Source: a virus. Taken from it: DNA of 64,000 bases. Positions within the stretch are counted from its first letter, which is position 1. The number at the start of each line of letters is the position of its first letter. Made by a program: the position numbers and the translations under genes. Shown piece after piece: positions 1 to 9,378 of the stretch. Location: the IMG/VR virus record IMGVR_UViG_3300042542_004852; one strand, given 5' to 3'. The notes under the pieces are model-generated. The model was not told the origin of the DNA and searched no databases. It saw nothing but the letters and a program-made list of their open reading frames with translations.

Positions 1-306
1 GAATCGAATACCATAAATAATACCTTTTGGATTTAATTTTGCTCCAGACCATTCCGAAAGTAGATCATGCATGTCTGAAATGACTTGCTTTTTTAATTCT
101 GGAAAATGATCTAATGAAAGCAAATCCGTAGCAACTTCAAAACTTTCAGATTTAATCCATCCTTTTAAGTCTGCTTTGTGTGTGTCTGAATATTCAGGAA
201 CTCTTTCGTGAAGATGTTTTAATAAAACATCTTGAATCATTTTCCAAGATTTTTCTGGAATTTTAGTTTTATAAAAACCTTGAGCAGTAAATTTTGGTAT
301 ATTCAT
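1..306 (-). CDS. 2OG-Fe(II) oxygenase / prolyl-4-hydroxylase-like protein, N-terminal part (runs off the left edge; not in the ORF track)
   Basis: Hand translation from ATG at 306 (ATGA overlap with the upstream stop): MNIPKFTAQGFYKTKIP...LLSEWSGAKLNPKGIIYGIRF, open to the edge. PxFT-xxGF and EW-G-L-P-YGIR precede the HxD motif in a phage/algal oxygenase family; the catalytic motif lies outside the window. Confidence 0.55.
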   Translation of the reverse strand, partial: MNIPKFTAQGFYKTKIPEKSWKMIQDVLLKHLHERVPEYSDTHKADLKGWIKSESFEVATDLLSLDHFPELKKQVISDMHDLLSEWSGAKLNPKGIIYGIRF

Positions 307-686
307 AGCTCAATCTTAAAATTTTTATTCTCAATAATTTTAGGCTTATCTGCCATGTGTTTTGCGCCTTTTCTTTCTTTAGAATAATTTTCAAAAAACT
401 TTTTCTTGACTGGATCAATGCCACCAGCTTGCTCTGCGCGTTTTGCACTCATTTCAGCGCTGTAGTCTAGCATGTCGCCCATTGAGCCTTTTTTTGAAGC
501 AGTGCGTTCTACGAACTTCTGTGAGCTAAATGCGTCTGTTTTGGTGTCAATACTGGCATTAGGCGCAAAGAATACCCTGTCCCATTTAAAACCATTAGAG
601 TCAACGAATTCATGAGTGTCATTCATTCCTTGAAGGATTTCAACTTCTTCTCCAGTTTGAGAATTACGATAGCAGTATAGAGGCAT
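303..686 (-). CDS. FmdB-like zinc-ribbon-type small protein (most Cys ligands absent)
   Basis: MPLYCYRN...EVEILQGMND...W-RVF resembles the MPxYxY FmdB-like phage family. Start moved to ATG 686 because the track's TTG at 719 is the -35 of a promoter. Confidence 0.55.
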   Translation of the reverse strand: MPLYCYRNSQTGEEVEILQGMNDTHEFVDSNGFKWDRVFFAPNASIDTKTDAFSSQKFVERTASKKGSMGDMLDYSAEMSAKRAEQAGGIDPVKKKFFENYSKERKGAKHMADKPKIIENKNFKIEL

Positions 687-690
687 AACC

Positions 691-719
691 ATTCTAAAAT
701 AAAAAAGCGGGTTTTTCAA
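691..719 (-). promoter_or_regulatory. sigma70-type promoter TTGAAA-17-TAGAAT, 4 nt before the ATG
   Basis: Minus strand reads ttgaaa aacccgcttttttattt tagaat ggtt ATG. Confidence 0.55.
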
Positions 720-728
720 CCCACTTTT
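701..728 (-). terminator. Intrinsic terminator after the 767..1603 gene
   Basis: Minus-strand hairpin AAAAGTGGGTT-gaaa-AACCCGCTTTT followed by a T-tract. Confidence 0.7.
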
Positions 729-766
729 CTGTTTACTTAATTTACTCGTTTTTTGATTTTAATTAT

Positions 767-1603
767 TTATTCATAGGGACCACAATATTTTTCATACAAT
801 TCTTTTTTAATTACATAATTGCCACGATTTACTTTACCAATATTATCCCTAATTAAATTTAAATGTTTTTTATATATTTCTGAAACATCAATATCGGCAG
901 TTAATTTTGATTTTGCAAAATCTTTTGTATTTGCCTTATGATATTCAAAATTATCTTCTCGATCAATTGTTCCACTTTGTTTGTGACCTCTCATCTCTCC
1001 TTGATCGGCCCAATTAAAACAGTAAGATGGAACACATTCTTTTTCGACATGACTTTTATAATATTTATTAAAATAAATAATCCAGTGCATGTGTTCTCCA
1101 CCGCCTTGATGATTTGCAAAACCGACTTCTCTTAACTTTTCCAAATCAACTAAAATACTAGCTTCCATAGCATTCCAAGCTAACTCTGGCTCACGGCCAA
1201 ATGGCCAATACATGCTTGTGAATGGTTTCCAAGACCAAATTTCAGGCTTAGAATTAAATCCATCAACACACTGTCTAATATGCCAAGGTAAAAAAATATC
1301 ATCATCATCCCAGCAAATGTAATGGGTTCCATTGCCAAAATTTAAACCATCTCTTCTGACGCTTCCAACGTTTGTGTATGGTTGATTTGTTTGTAAATCC
1401 GTGTTATTGTTTATAACTGTAATATTTTTACCTAAAAGCTTATCTGATAGTTCTAGTGGATATTCTACATCGGTATTATAAATAATAAGTTCCTTTTCAA
1501 TATCAGAATCCTGATCTAAAAAAAATTTAATCGAGCGATTTACACAAGTAAATCTCCTATAAGTATTCATTATGCATGAAATTTTCATATTTGTTTTGCT
1601 CAT
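767..1603 (-). CDS. Glycosyltransferase, GT2/GT-A fold
   Basis: KISCIMNTYRR N-terminus, ELIIYN, and YICWDDDDIFLPWHI (DxD motif). Confidence 0.85.
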   Translation of the reverse strand: MSKTNMKISCIMNTYRRFTCVNRSIKFFLDQDSDIEKELIIYNTDVEYPLELSDKLLGKNITVINNNTDLQTNQPYTNVGSVRRDGLNFGNGTHYICWDDDDIFLPWHIRQCVDGFNSKPEIWSWKPFTSMYWPFGREPELAWNAMEASILVDLEKLREVGFANHQGGGEHMHWIIYFNKYYKSHVEKECVPSYCFNWADQGEMRGHKQSGTIDREDNFEYHKANTKDFAKSKLTADIDVSEIYKKHLNLIRDNIGKVNRGNYVIKKELYEKYCGPYE

Positions 1604-1664
1604 TATTAGTTAATTTTTTAGATTTTTATTTTAAATTGCTTTAGGTTTTTGAACCAGCATTCAA

Positions 1665-1910
1665 TTATTGAATTTGAAGCATTTTACTTTGTTTTTGCCT
1701 GAATGGAATATTAATTTCTAAAATGCCATCTTCAAGTTTCGCCGTAGCATTATCAACGTCAATATTTTCTGGCAATACCTGTGTAGCTTTTGAGCTTCCA
1801 AATTTTTCATTGAATGCTGAAATCAAAATATATCCTTCTTCAAATTCAATATTGATTTCGTTCTTCTTGTAACCTGGAGCTTTAATTAGTAGTGTGAAGT
1901 CTTCGTTCAT
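1665..1910 (-). CDS. Small heat-shock protein (Hsp20/alpha-crystallin domain)
   Basis: APGYKKNEINI...LPENIDVDNATAKLEDGILEINIP...LQIQ (AxLxDGxLxI motif and IxI tail). Confidence 0.9.
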   Translation of the reverse strand: MNEDFTLLIKAPGYKKNEINIEFEEGYILISAFNEKFGSSKATQVLPENIDVDNATAKLEDGILEINIPFRQKQSKMLQIQ

Positions 1911-2977
1911 AGGTGGGAGATGATTTGGTTAAGAGTATTTTCGTAGGTGAGTTCTTTTGAAAGTTGAATACCAGCTTCATTAACTGTTCCAATTTTCTGT
2001 TCAGCTTTTTCAAAAGCTTCAAGCAAAGATTCTTTGCTCCAATCCCACATGATGCCTTGATTATACATGTCGTTCTCTTTGAAGAAAACGTTGTCATAGA
2101 TTGGAATTGTGCCGTTTGGTTCGACAAGGATGCTATTGGTTTCATTTGCCCAATCTTTGTGAGATGTGGCATTCAAAACAATAGACCACTTGCCAAGACA
2201 AGTTGCATTAAAGCTTGGAAGATTCCAGCCCTCTGCTCCTGAAAGACCTGTGAGATCAATGTCAATGGCATTCAAGAAATCATTAACTTCTGAATTGGTT
2301 TGCAAATATGGCAAGAAATTAATGTTACCATATCTCTTGCCTTCAAGAGTAGAAGCAATAATTTGTTGCATCTGATCCTGTGGAATAAAAGGGTTTGTTA
2401 CGCAACAAGAAAGCAGGTACTTTGGATTATTACCATACTTTTCTAACCATGTTTTAATGATCTTCGCTGTATGCTTTCTCTTCTCAAACTTGCCCATTAG
2501 ACCAAAATGAATTCTTTCTGGCAAATACTTTTTGCCCGTGATACGGAAGCTTTCATCAAAGCCTAGTTTAAATGGAACGCTATTATCGCAACCAGCATTA
2601 ACGAATTGTTTCGTGGCGTAATCAGAACAAAAGAATGTTTTTGTTTGAAGTTTTGCGAGTTTCTTTTCTACAAATGTTGGTTCAGACGCTTCGTAAAAAG
2701 TGATTAGATATTGCTTTTCAGTTTTACGATTATCACTTCCGTTTAGATGCCAAAGCTTAACAGATGGAATTTCACTATCCAAAAAAGCAAAACGATTATT
2801 AACTGCTGCTTGAAGCCAAGCAGCAAACTCTGGCTCAAGATTGTGAGCAGAAACATCAATATTCCCAATAGGGAAAAATCCAACATCAATATTTTTGCGC
2901 CACATCTCGCGCAAAAGATTAATTGCTACATTTCCAAAAGAAAGAGAATTAATTGGAGCTTCAAAAATCAACTTCAT
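1907..2977 (-). CDS. Glycosyltransferase, GT-B fold (GT4-like)
   Basis: FGLMGKFEKRK and SGAEGWNLPSFNATCLGK match the GT4 E-G-[FW]-x-L-P motif; the second Glu is replaced by Asn. Confidence 0.8.
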   Translation of the reverse strand: MKLIFEAPINSLSFGNVAINLLREMWRKNIDVGFFPIGNIDVSAHNLEPEFAAWLQAAVNNRFAFLDSEIPSVKLWHLNGSDNRKTEKQYLITFYEASEPTFVEKKLAKLQTKTFFCSDYATKQFVNAGCDNSVPFKLGFDESFRITGKKYLPERIHFGLMGKFEKRKHTAKIIKTWLEKYGNNPKYLLSCCVTNPFIPQDQMQQIIASTLEGKRYGNINFLPYLQTNSEVNDFLNAIDIDLTGLSGAEGWNLPSFNATCLGKWSIVLNATSHKDWANETNSILVEPNGTIPIYDNVFFKENDMYNQGIMWDWSKESLLEAFEKAEQKIGTVNEAGIQLSKELTYENTLNQIISHL

Positions 2978-2979
2978 AA

Positions 2980-3423
2980 TTAAAATGGAATGTCGTCGCC
3001 TTCTTCGCCACTGGTTGAAGTTTGTTCTTCCTCAACTGTTGCCACTACCTTCTTTGGAGCAACGGTTTTTTCCTTCGTTCCTGCGTAGCTTTCGCTCTTC
3101 TCAGACTTCTCAAAACGAGGAACAAAATTAACACGATCAGCGACGATAAAGGTCTTTGTCGTTTTCTTGCCTTCTTTGTTTTCGTAAGTGTCAGCAGCTA
3201 GGCGACCTTCAACAATAACACTGGAACCCTTCTTGAGATTCTTAGCACAGATTTCTCCTTGCTTATCCCAAACATCAACGCTCATATAGAGAGGCTCCTT
3301 TGTTTCGTCTTTATAATTTTCGCGATGAGCGATTCGAAGATTACAGATGCACTTGCCTGTTTTCGTGTGACGAGCTTCTGGATCAGCAACCAGAAAGCCA
3401 TAGAGGATTGTTTTATTTACCAT
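2980..3423 (-). CDS. ssb: Single-stranded DNA-binding protein
   Basis: NKTILYGFLVADPE...LKKGSSVIVEGRL OB fold and acidic DDIPF C-terminal tail. Confidence 0.95.
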   Translation of the reverse strand: MVNKTILYGFLVADPEARHTKTGKCICNLRIAHRENYKDETKEPLYMSVDVWDKQGEICAKNLKKGSSVIVEGRLAADTYENKEGKKTTKTFIVADRVNFVPRFEKSEKSESYAGTKEKTVAPKKVVATVEEEQTSTSGEEGDDIPF

Positions 3424-3442
3424 ATTTATGTTTAATTATTGT

Positions 3443-4009
3443 TTAATTATTGTTTAATTCGTACTTTACTTCTTTGATGAACCTGTTGTGAATATTAATG
3501 CATCCTTGAATGGATAATTTTAACTTTTTTGCAATCTTTTTCCAAGGAGTTAACTTGTTCTTGTCGCAATCTCTATAACGCATTTGAATGATTTTTCTTA
3601 CTCTTGAATCGGGAAATTTATCTGCTTTTTCGTAAATCAAAGAGATTGATTCTCTATCAAGATACTCTTTAGTATAGTCTTTGTCAACTAAATGTTCTGA
3701 TTGATCTCCAACATCGCAATACTCATATTTTTTAGCTTTGTTATGAATATTTAAGCATTTCCACTTTATTTCATTTCCTAAGTAAGTTGAAAACTTAATG
3801 TTGCGATTTGGATCGAATTTCAAAGCTTTCTCATAAATGAAAAGGTCTTTGTCATCAAAAATATCGTTTTTGTTAACGTTTGACTTGTCAGAAATTGTTT
3901 GATTAACAATCTGTAAGTAAATTCCAGAGTGTTTAGCTATTAATTCTTTTAAACAACTTTCATTATTGCTTACTTTGATTTGTTCAATAAGGGATAAGTC
4001 GTCTGCCAT
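3443..4009 (-). CDS. Phage RNA polymerase sigma factor (sigma70 family, regions 2 and 4)
   Basis: ALKFDPNRNIKFSTYL (region 2.3 FDP..FSTY) and C-terminal HTH TPWKKIAKKLKLSIQGCINIH. Likely start MADDLS at 4009. Confidence 0.8.
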   Translation of the reverse strand: MADDLSLIEQIKVSNNESCLKELIAKHSGIYLQIVNQTISDKSNVNKNDIFDDKDLFIYEKALKFDPNRNIKFSTYLGNEIKWKCLNIHNKAKKYEYCDVGDQSEHLVDKDYTKEYLDRESISLIYEKADKFPDSRVRKIIQMRYRDCDKNKLTPWKKIAKKLKLSIQGCINIHNRFIKEVKYELNNN

Positions 4010-4584
4010 TTTGTGATTTCCTCCGAGCCGAAACATTGTTCGAAAATAGCCCAGCTATATTCAGAAAGCGAAAATGGATTGTTTTTATCTTCATTTCCCT
4101 CTACTGTTTGCCAAACAAAAGAGACGTTTGCTTTAGATTGTAGAATAGGATCATTTTCAATCTCTTCTGCATTTGCTGGCTTGATGCGGTTATTTTCTTT
4201 ATCAAGTCTTGAAATATGAATAAGAAAGCCGTTTTTTTGAATCCAATCTGCCTCGTTTTTGTATCGAACATCAGAAATGATTGCAATCTCATCTTTTTTT
4301 AGATACGAAGAGAGAGAATCAATCCAACAATCTTCATTGAGCGCTCTGCGAATATGAGTTCCATAAGCAACAAGAAATGGGCGAATCATTTTCTTTTCGT
4401 CGTCGTTTTGAGTAAATGAATTCAATCCAGTTTTCTTTTTAAGAAATGGGCGAACTTCTCTTTTAAGCTCGTCTGCAAGAGCATATCTTTTAGCCTTGAT
4501 TCCGATTTTTTTAAAAATCTTTACAAAATTGTTGGCAAGAGTATCTTTACCACTTCTTGCTACGCCTGAAATTCCAATGATCAT
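3970..4584 (-). CDS. Deoxynucleoside monophosphate kinase
   Basis: MIIGISGVARSGKDT Walker A, ALADELK, IISDVRYKNEA. Confidence 0.9.
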   Translation of the reverse strand: MIIGISGVARSGKDTLANNFVKIFKKIGIKAKRYALADELKREVRPFLKKKTGLNSFTQNDDEKKMIRPFLVAYGTHIRRALNEDCWIDSLSSYLKKDEIAIISDVRYKNEADWIQKNGFLIHISRLDKENNRIKPANAEEIENDPILQSKANVSFVWQTVEGNEDKNNPFSLSEYSWAIFEQCFGSEEITKWQTTYPLLNKSK

Positions 4585-5120
4585 AGTCCAGTTGACCCAA
4601 AGCCTCCTTCATTACGTTCACTTTGTTCTAGTTCAGAAACAAAAGTAATGGATGGATGGAAATGTTTTTGAAACACTAGTTGGCAAATTTTATCTCCACT
4701 CTTATAGATTTTGTTTGGATTGACAACGCAAACAATATTGTTACCATCAACGATCATCAAATCTTCTGGCTGAACAATGTATTTAAATCGAACTTTGATT
4801 GTCGATCTAAAACCAGAATCAATAACCGCAATAGAGTTTGCCAAAAGCAAGTTGTATCTGCTCACGCTTGATCTTGGAAAGACAAGAGTGTAAATATCAT
4901 CATTGGGCGAATTTACTGGTTGAAAACCATCAATTTTGATGTTTAAATCATATTCGATATAGTCAATGCTTTTGTAAGCATTTAGGTTTTCATCACGAAG
5001 AGAGCCAACAATTCTTGGTTCAGAAGCTGCAACTACATCATACCCAACATCGCCATCATAAGCGGGTTGAGACATGTTCGAATCGTTATCAACGACGTAA
5101 ATCAAATCAGGGAAGTTCAT
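4581..5120 (-). CDS. dut: Trimeric dUTPase
   Basis: All five motifs present: VGYDV, PRSS, VIDSGFR, ICQLV, RNEGGFGSTG. Confidence 0.93.
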   Translation of the reverse strand: MNFPDLIYVVDNDSNMSQPAYDGDVGYDVVAASEPRIVGSLRDENLNAYKSIDYIEYDLNIKIDGFQPVNSPNDDIYTLVFPRSSVSRYNLLLANSIAVIDSGFRSTIKVRFKYIVQPEDLMIVDGNNIVCVVNPNKIYKSGDKICQLVFQKHFHPSITFVSELEQSERNEGGFGSTGL

Positions 5121-5394
5121 TTTCTAAATTTTTAGCGAGTTCATAGTGACCGTTATTAGCCAATATGGTTGTCGTATGAACATACGAAATTTTTTCTAAA
5201 TCTTCTTGAAATTCTTGACAAGACATTAAAAAACCAAGGTTAATGTCATCAAGACCAGCTTCTTTGAAGCAGAGCATTACTTGCTCTAATGCTTTTGAGC
5301 AAGCGTCTGTAACGTCTTCGGCGTTAACCACACATTCCCAATCGCCGCTTTGAACAAGGAATATTTTCTGTTTGAAGTTTTTTAAGATAACCAT
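5107..5394 (-). CDS. Hypothetical protein
   Basis: Start re-called to ATG 5394, 7 nt after a TTGACA-17-TAAAAT promoter; the track's TTG at 5430 is the -35 itself. Confidence 0.6.
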   Translation of the reverse strand: MVILKNFKQKIFLVQSGDWECVVNAEDVTDACSKALEQVMLCFKEAGLDDINLGFLMSCQEFQEDLEKISYVHTTTILANNGHYELAKNLENELP

Positions 5395-5401
5395 AGAACT
5401 C

Positions 5402-5430
5402 ATTTTATTCCAGAAACATCCTTCTGTCAA
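5402..5430 (-). promoter_or_regulatory. Near-consensus sigma70 promoter driving the leftward operon (leaderless start)
   Basis: Minus strand reads TTGACA gaaggatgtttctggaa TAAAAT gagttct ATG. Confidence 0.75.
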
Positions 5431-5602
5431 GAAGGATTTTCTATTTATACGGAAGATAATTAAAGTTAACTTTAGTATAAATCATGTTTTAAGTACTTCT
5501 AACGTCATAGAAGAAAGAGAACGCTAGGGATACGAAGGGATGGGGGATAATTCTTGCAAAAAATCTGAAAAAAGTTTCAAAACACATTTCCTGATTCATT
5601 CA

Positions 5603-5630
5603 TTGACAAGAGCGTATGCTTGTGTAATAT
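5603..5630 (+). promoter_or_regulatory. sigma70-type promoter TTGACA-16-TAATAT overlapping a GTGTAA element, upstream of nrdB
   Basis: ttgaca agagcgtatgcttgtg taatat atcgt ATG(5636). Confidence 0.65.
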
Positions 5631-5635
5631 ATCGT

Positions 5636-6610
5636 ATGACTATTTTCGATGAGCAAATTTCGCGCAAGCCAGATCGGTACCCTTGGGTCCAAGATTTTAT
5701 TTCAGCAATGCATGAGGGTTTTTGGACCCATAAAGAATTCAGCTTTTCAAGCGATGTCCAAGATTTTAAAGTTAATCTTGATCAACAAGAAAAAGAAATC
5801 ATTATCCGCACGCTATCTGCCATTGGCCAGATTGAAGTTGCTGTGAAAAAGTTTTGGGCAAAGCTTGGCGATAATCTGCCACATCCGACGTTAACTGACT
5901 TAGGATACGTTATGGCAGGTGTTGAGGTCATCCACAACAACGCATACCAGAGGCTTTTAGAAGTGCTTGGAATGGAAGATATTTTTGAACAAAACTTGAA
6001 GCTCGATGTTGTTTCTGGTCGTGTTAACTATCTTCGCAAATACACTCATCGTTTTTACAAAGATTCAAAGAAGCAATATGTTTATGCTTTGATTCTTTTC
6101 ACACTTTTCATTGAGAATGTTTCTTTGTTTTCTCAGTTTTATATTATTCTTTGGTTCGGAAGATACCGCAACGTTCTGAAAGATACCACTCAACAAGTCA
6201 CCTATACAAAGAATGAAGAGCTTCTTCACGCAAGAGTTGGCATGAAACTTGTGAATGTTATTCGTCAAGAATGTCCTGAGCTTTTTGACGAGGAGCTAGA
6301 GCAAAGAATTTTGCACGAAGCAGCAGAAGCTTTCAAGGAAGAATCAAAGATTATTGACTGGATCATTGGTGACTTTAGCGCACAAAGAATCAATGGCGCA
6401 ATCCTCAAGGAATACGTTAAGGGAAGAATTAACGATTCTTTGAAAGAGATTGGCTTCAAATCCTTATTTACTATTGATAAAACTATTGCTAGAGACTACG
6501 AATGGATGGATGAGGAGGTCTTGGCAAACAATGCCGTAGATTTCTTCTACCAACGTCCCGTTGACTATGCAAAGAAAAACAAAACCTTTGAACTCGAAGA
6601 CCTCGTTTGA
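5636..6610 (+). CDS. nrdB: Ribonucleotide reductase class Ia, beta subunit
   Basis: FWTHKE, EVIHNNAY, IENVSLFSQF, NEELLH diiron/tyrosyl motifs and DFF...DY tail. Start MTIFDEQ at 5636. Confidence 0.95.
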   Translation: MTIFDEQISRKPDRYPWVQDFISAMHEGFWTHKEFSFSSDVQDFKVNLDQQEKEIIIRTLSAIGQIEVAVKKFWAKLGDNLPHPTLTDLGYVMAGVEVIHNNAYQRLLEVLGMEDIFEQNLKLDVVSGRVNYLRKYTHRFYKDSKKQYVYALILFTLFIENVSLFSQFYIILWFGRYRNVLKDTTQQVTYTKNEELLHARVGMKLVNVIRQECPELFDEELEQRILHEAAEAFKEESKIIDWIIGDFSAQRINGAILKEYVKGRINDSLKEIGFKSLFTIDKTIARDYEWMDEEVLANNAVDFFYQRPVDYAKKNKTFELEDLV

Positions 6611-6611
6611 A

Positions 6612-8258
6612 ATGACAAAATACTACTGGCTAAATCAAAAATCCCGTGAATTCCTATCTCGCGGCTATGTTGGCGAAAATCAAACAGCAGAAGAAAGAGT
6701 AAGGCAGATCGCTGAAACTGCTGAAAAATATTTAAATATCAAAGGCTATGCAGATAAGTTTGAGGATTATATGTCTCGCGGTTGGTTCAGTCTTTCTTCT
6801 CCAGTATGGGCGAACTATGGACTCGAAAGAGGTTTGCCTTGCTCTTGCAACGGTTCGTTCATTGATGACACAATGGAAAGCATCTTGTATAAGAATGCTG
6901 AAATTGGAATGATGACTAAAAATGCTGCTGGAACATCCGCATACTTTGGAAAGCTACGCCCAAGAGGTGCAGCAATTAGTTCTGGTGGGGCTTCTAGCGG
7001 AAGCGTTCATTTTATGGAACTGTTTGACAAGGTTGCCAATATTGTTTCTCAATCTAATGTTCGTCGCGGTTCAATGGCAGCTTATTTAGACGTTGACCAT
7101 CCTGATCTAGAAGAGTTTCTTCGCATCCGCACAGAAGGCAATCCGATTCAAGAGCTTAGTATTGGAGTCTGTATCTCAAACGAATGGATGAGAGGACTGC
7201 TAAACAAGGAAAACGACAAGCTAAAAATCTGGGGACAGATTATTAAAAAGCGATTTGAAAGTGGCTATCCATATATTCATTTCACTGGCAACGCCAATGA
7301 ACAAGCTCCAGCAGTTTACAAAGATAAGGGCGCAAAGATTCATGCCAGTAATCTGTGTAATGAAATCCAACTCTCATCTGACAAAGACACTTCTTTTGTT
7401 TGTGTGCTTTCAAGCATTAACTTGCTTCATTATCATGAATGGAAGGACACTGACGCTGTTGAAGTTTTGACTTATTTCCTTGATACTGTCACCGAAGAAT
7501 ACATTCACAAGACTGAAAATATGCCATTCATGGCTGCTGCTAACAAGTTCGCCAAAGAACAGAGAGCAGTTGGTCTTGGAGTTCTAGGCTGGCATTCTCT
7601 TTTGCAAGCTAGTCATATTGCTTGGGAGAGCATGGAGGCTAAACTCTTGAATGCAAGTGTGTTCAAGCTAATCGCTGAAAGAAGCTTGAAGGCAAGCAAA
7701 GAAATGGCTGAAAAATATGGTGAGCCAGAAATGCTGAAAGGCTATGGCGAAAGAATGGTTACTCGTTTAGCTATTGCTCCAACTGTTTCTTCTTCATTTA
7801 TTCTTGGTCAAGTTTCTCAAGGCGTTGAGCCTCAAAACTCCAACTACTATGTGAAGAAGCTCGCAAAAGGTTCCTTCACTTATAAAAATCCATATCTTAA
7901 AGAACTCTTGGATGAAAAAGGTAAAGATGACCAAGAAGTTTGGAAGAGCGTTCTTGAAAATGGCGGTTCTGTTCAGCATCTTGATTTCTTGAGCAAACAC
8001 GAAAAAGATGTGTTCAAGACTTTCGGAGAAATTTCACAAAAAGAAATTGTTATTCAAGCAGCGCAGCGTCAAAAGTTTATTGATCAAGGACAAAGCTTGA
8101 ACCTCATGATTCCTCCGTCCACTTCTATTGGAGAAGTAAGCAAACTAATGATTTTTGGATGGGAACAAGGGATTAAAGGATTTTATTATCAAAAGTCCAG
8201 CAACCCAAGCCAGTTGTTAGCTCGCTCACTTAATGAGTGCAAGTCTTGCGAAGCTTAA
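6612..8258 (+). CDS. nrdA: Ribonucleotide reductase class Ia, alpha subunit (compact, no ATP cone)
   Basis: PCSC, SNLCNEI, CVLSSIN, AIAPT, GFYY and C-terminal CKSC. Start MTKYYW at 6612. Confidence 0.95.
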   Translation: MTKYYWLNQKSREFLSRGYVGENQTAEERVRQIAETAEKYLNIKGYADKFEDYMSRGWFSLSSPVWANYGLERGLPCSCNGSFIDDTMESILYKNAEIGMMTKNAAGTSAYFGKLRPRGAAISSGGASSGSVHFMELFDKVANIVSQSNVRRGSMAAYLDVDHPDLEEFLRIRTEGNPIQELSIGVCISNEWMRGLLNKENDKLKIWGQIIKKRFESGYPYIHFTGNANEQAPAVYKDKGAKIHASNLCNEIQLSSDKDTSFVCVLSSINLLHYHEWKDTDAVEVLTYFLDTVTEEYIHKTENMPFMAAANKFAKEQRAVGLGVLGWHSLLQASHIAWESMEAKLLNASVFKLIAERSLKASKEMAEKYGEPEMLKGYGERMVTRLAIAPTVSSSFILGQVSQGVEPQNSNYYVKKLAKGSFTYKNPYLKELLDEKGKDDQEVWKSVLENGGSVQHLDFLSKHEKDVFKTFGEISQKEIVIQAAQRQKFIDQGQSLNLMIPPSTSIGEVSKLMIFGWEQGIKGFYYQKSSNPSQLLARSLNECKSCEA

Positions 8259-8301
8259 CTAATTGTTGATAAAAATAATTTTTTAAGTGTAAAAAGTAAA
8301 C

Positions 8302-9345
8302 ATGGAAGTAGATTTTTCTCAACAAATTTTAGAGGCGAAAAACCGCGCTGGACCTAAAAGTTCTGCACAAACTCCTGCAAAGGAAGATGAGCGAAAAAAA
8401 GGTTCAAAAATTAACGAGCCAGGTTCTGCTGGCACATCTCCTGATGCCAAAGAAAAAGCAGAGAAAAATCTTGAAAAAGATGACGAGAAAGAAGTTGTAA
8501 AAGCTGAAATCACTTTCAACGAAAAGATTACTGAATCTTTGAAGAAGAAAGCAGAAGAGCATAACTCCAAACATAGTCGTAAAGTTTCTGTTTCACAATT
8601 AAAGAAAGTTTATCGTCGTGGATTGGGAGCTTTTAGCTCAACTCATCGTCCAGGCAAGAGTCGCCAACAGTGGGCAATGGCTCGCGTCAATACTTTTTTA
8701 AAGATGATGCGTGGTGAAAAAGTCAAAGACGCATATAAGGCTGCTGATGGCGATATTGCCAAAGGCTCTGAGGCTTTTGACCATAACCATGACTTTTATG
8801 ATTTTGAAGACCTTGAGCTTCAACTAGCTCACATTAATCTCATTGAGGCAGGCGTTTTATTTGAAGAGATGAACATCTTCAATGAAGATATTGACTACAC
8901 AGAGGCTGAACAGAAAACATTAAATAAGCCATTCAGACTTCCTTCTGGCTCTAATAAGAAATTTGGCGTTTACGTTAAAAACGATAAAGGCAACACTGTA
9001 ATGGTCAAGTTTGGCGATCCAAACATGGAAATCAAGCGTGACGACCCAGAGCGTAGAAAAAACTTTCGCGCTCGTCATCAATGCGATACTAATGTTGGTC
9101 CCAAATGGAAAGCTAGATATTGGTCTTGCCGCTTCTGGAGCAAGAGTCCCGTTTCTAAAATGACGGCAGAAGAGCTAAAAGACCTTGATTCTGTTGAAGC
9201 TTTTTACATTAAACAAGAAGAAAGACTCTCCTCTTTGCAAGAGGATGGTTTTGATGAAGAGCTTCTTCCTTCCCAAGAAGAATTGTTAGCTCTTAATCCT
9301 CTCTTGGATGATGTTTATTTTATTGAAGAAGAAGCTGGAATTTAA
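8302..9345 (+). CDS. Two-domain hypothetical protein, probably packaged in the head
   Basis: Basic domains LKKVYRRGLGAFSSTHRPG..QQWAMARVN and KPFR..KKFGVYV..VKFGDPNM..RRKNFRARH.C..ARYWSC separated by acidic linkers; preceded by GTGTAA. Confidence 0.6.
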   Translation: MEVDFSQQILEAKNRAGPKSSAQTPAKEDERKKGSKINEPGSAGTSPDAKEKAEKNLEKDDEKEVVKAEITFNEKITESLKKKAEEHNSKHSRKVSVSQLKKVYRRGLGAFSSTHRPGKSRQQWAMARVNTFLKMMRGEKVKDAYKAADGDIAKGSEAFDHNHDFYDFEDLELQLAHINLIEAGVLFEEMNIFNEDIDYTEAEQKTLNKPFRLPSGSNKKFGVYVKNDKGNTVMVKFGDPNMEIKRDDPERRKNFRARHQCDTNVGPKWKARYWSCRFWSKSPVSKMTAEELKDLDSVEAFYIKQEERLSSLQEDGFDEELLPSQEELLALNPLLDDVYFIEEEAGI

Positions 9346-9378
9346 GTAGAAAATACTTAAAGCCATCGTACTATCCTA

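Noticed and set aside
1-2977. TET/JBP-type DNA hydroxylation plus glycosylation system from the oxygenase and GT neighbourhood
   Set aside because: The visible oxygenase fragment looks P4H-like and its catalytic part is outside the window; no cytosine methylase or hydroxymethylase is seen here, so it cannot be supported.
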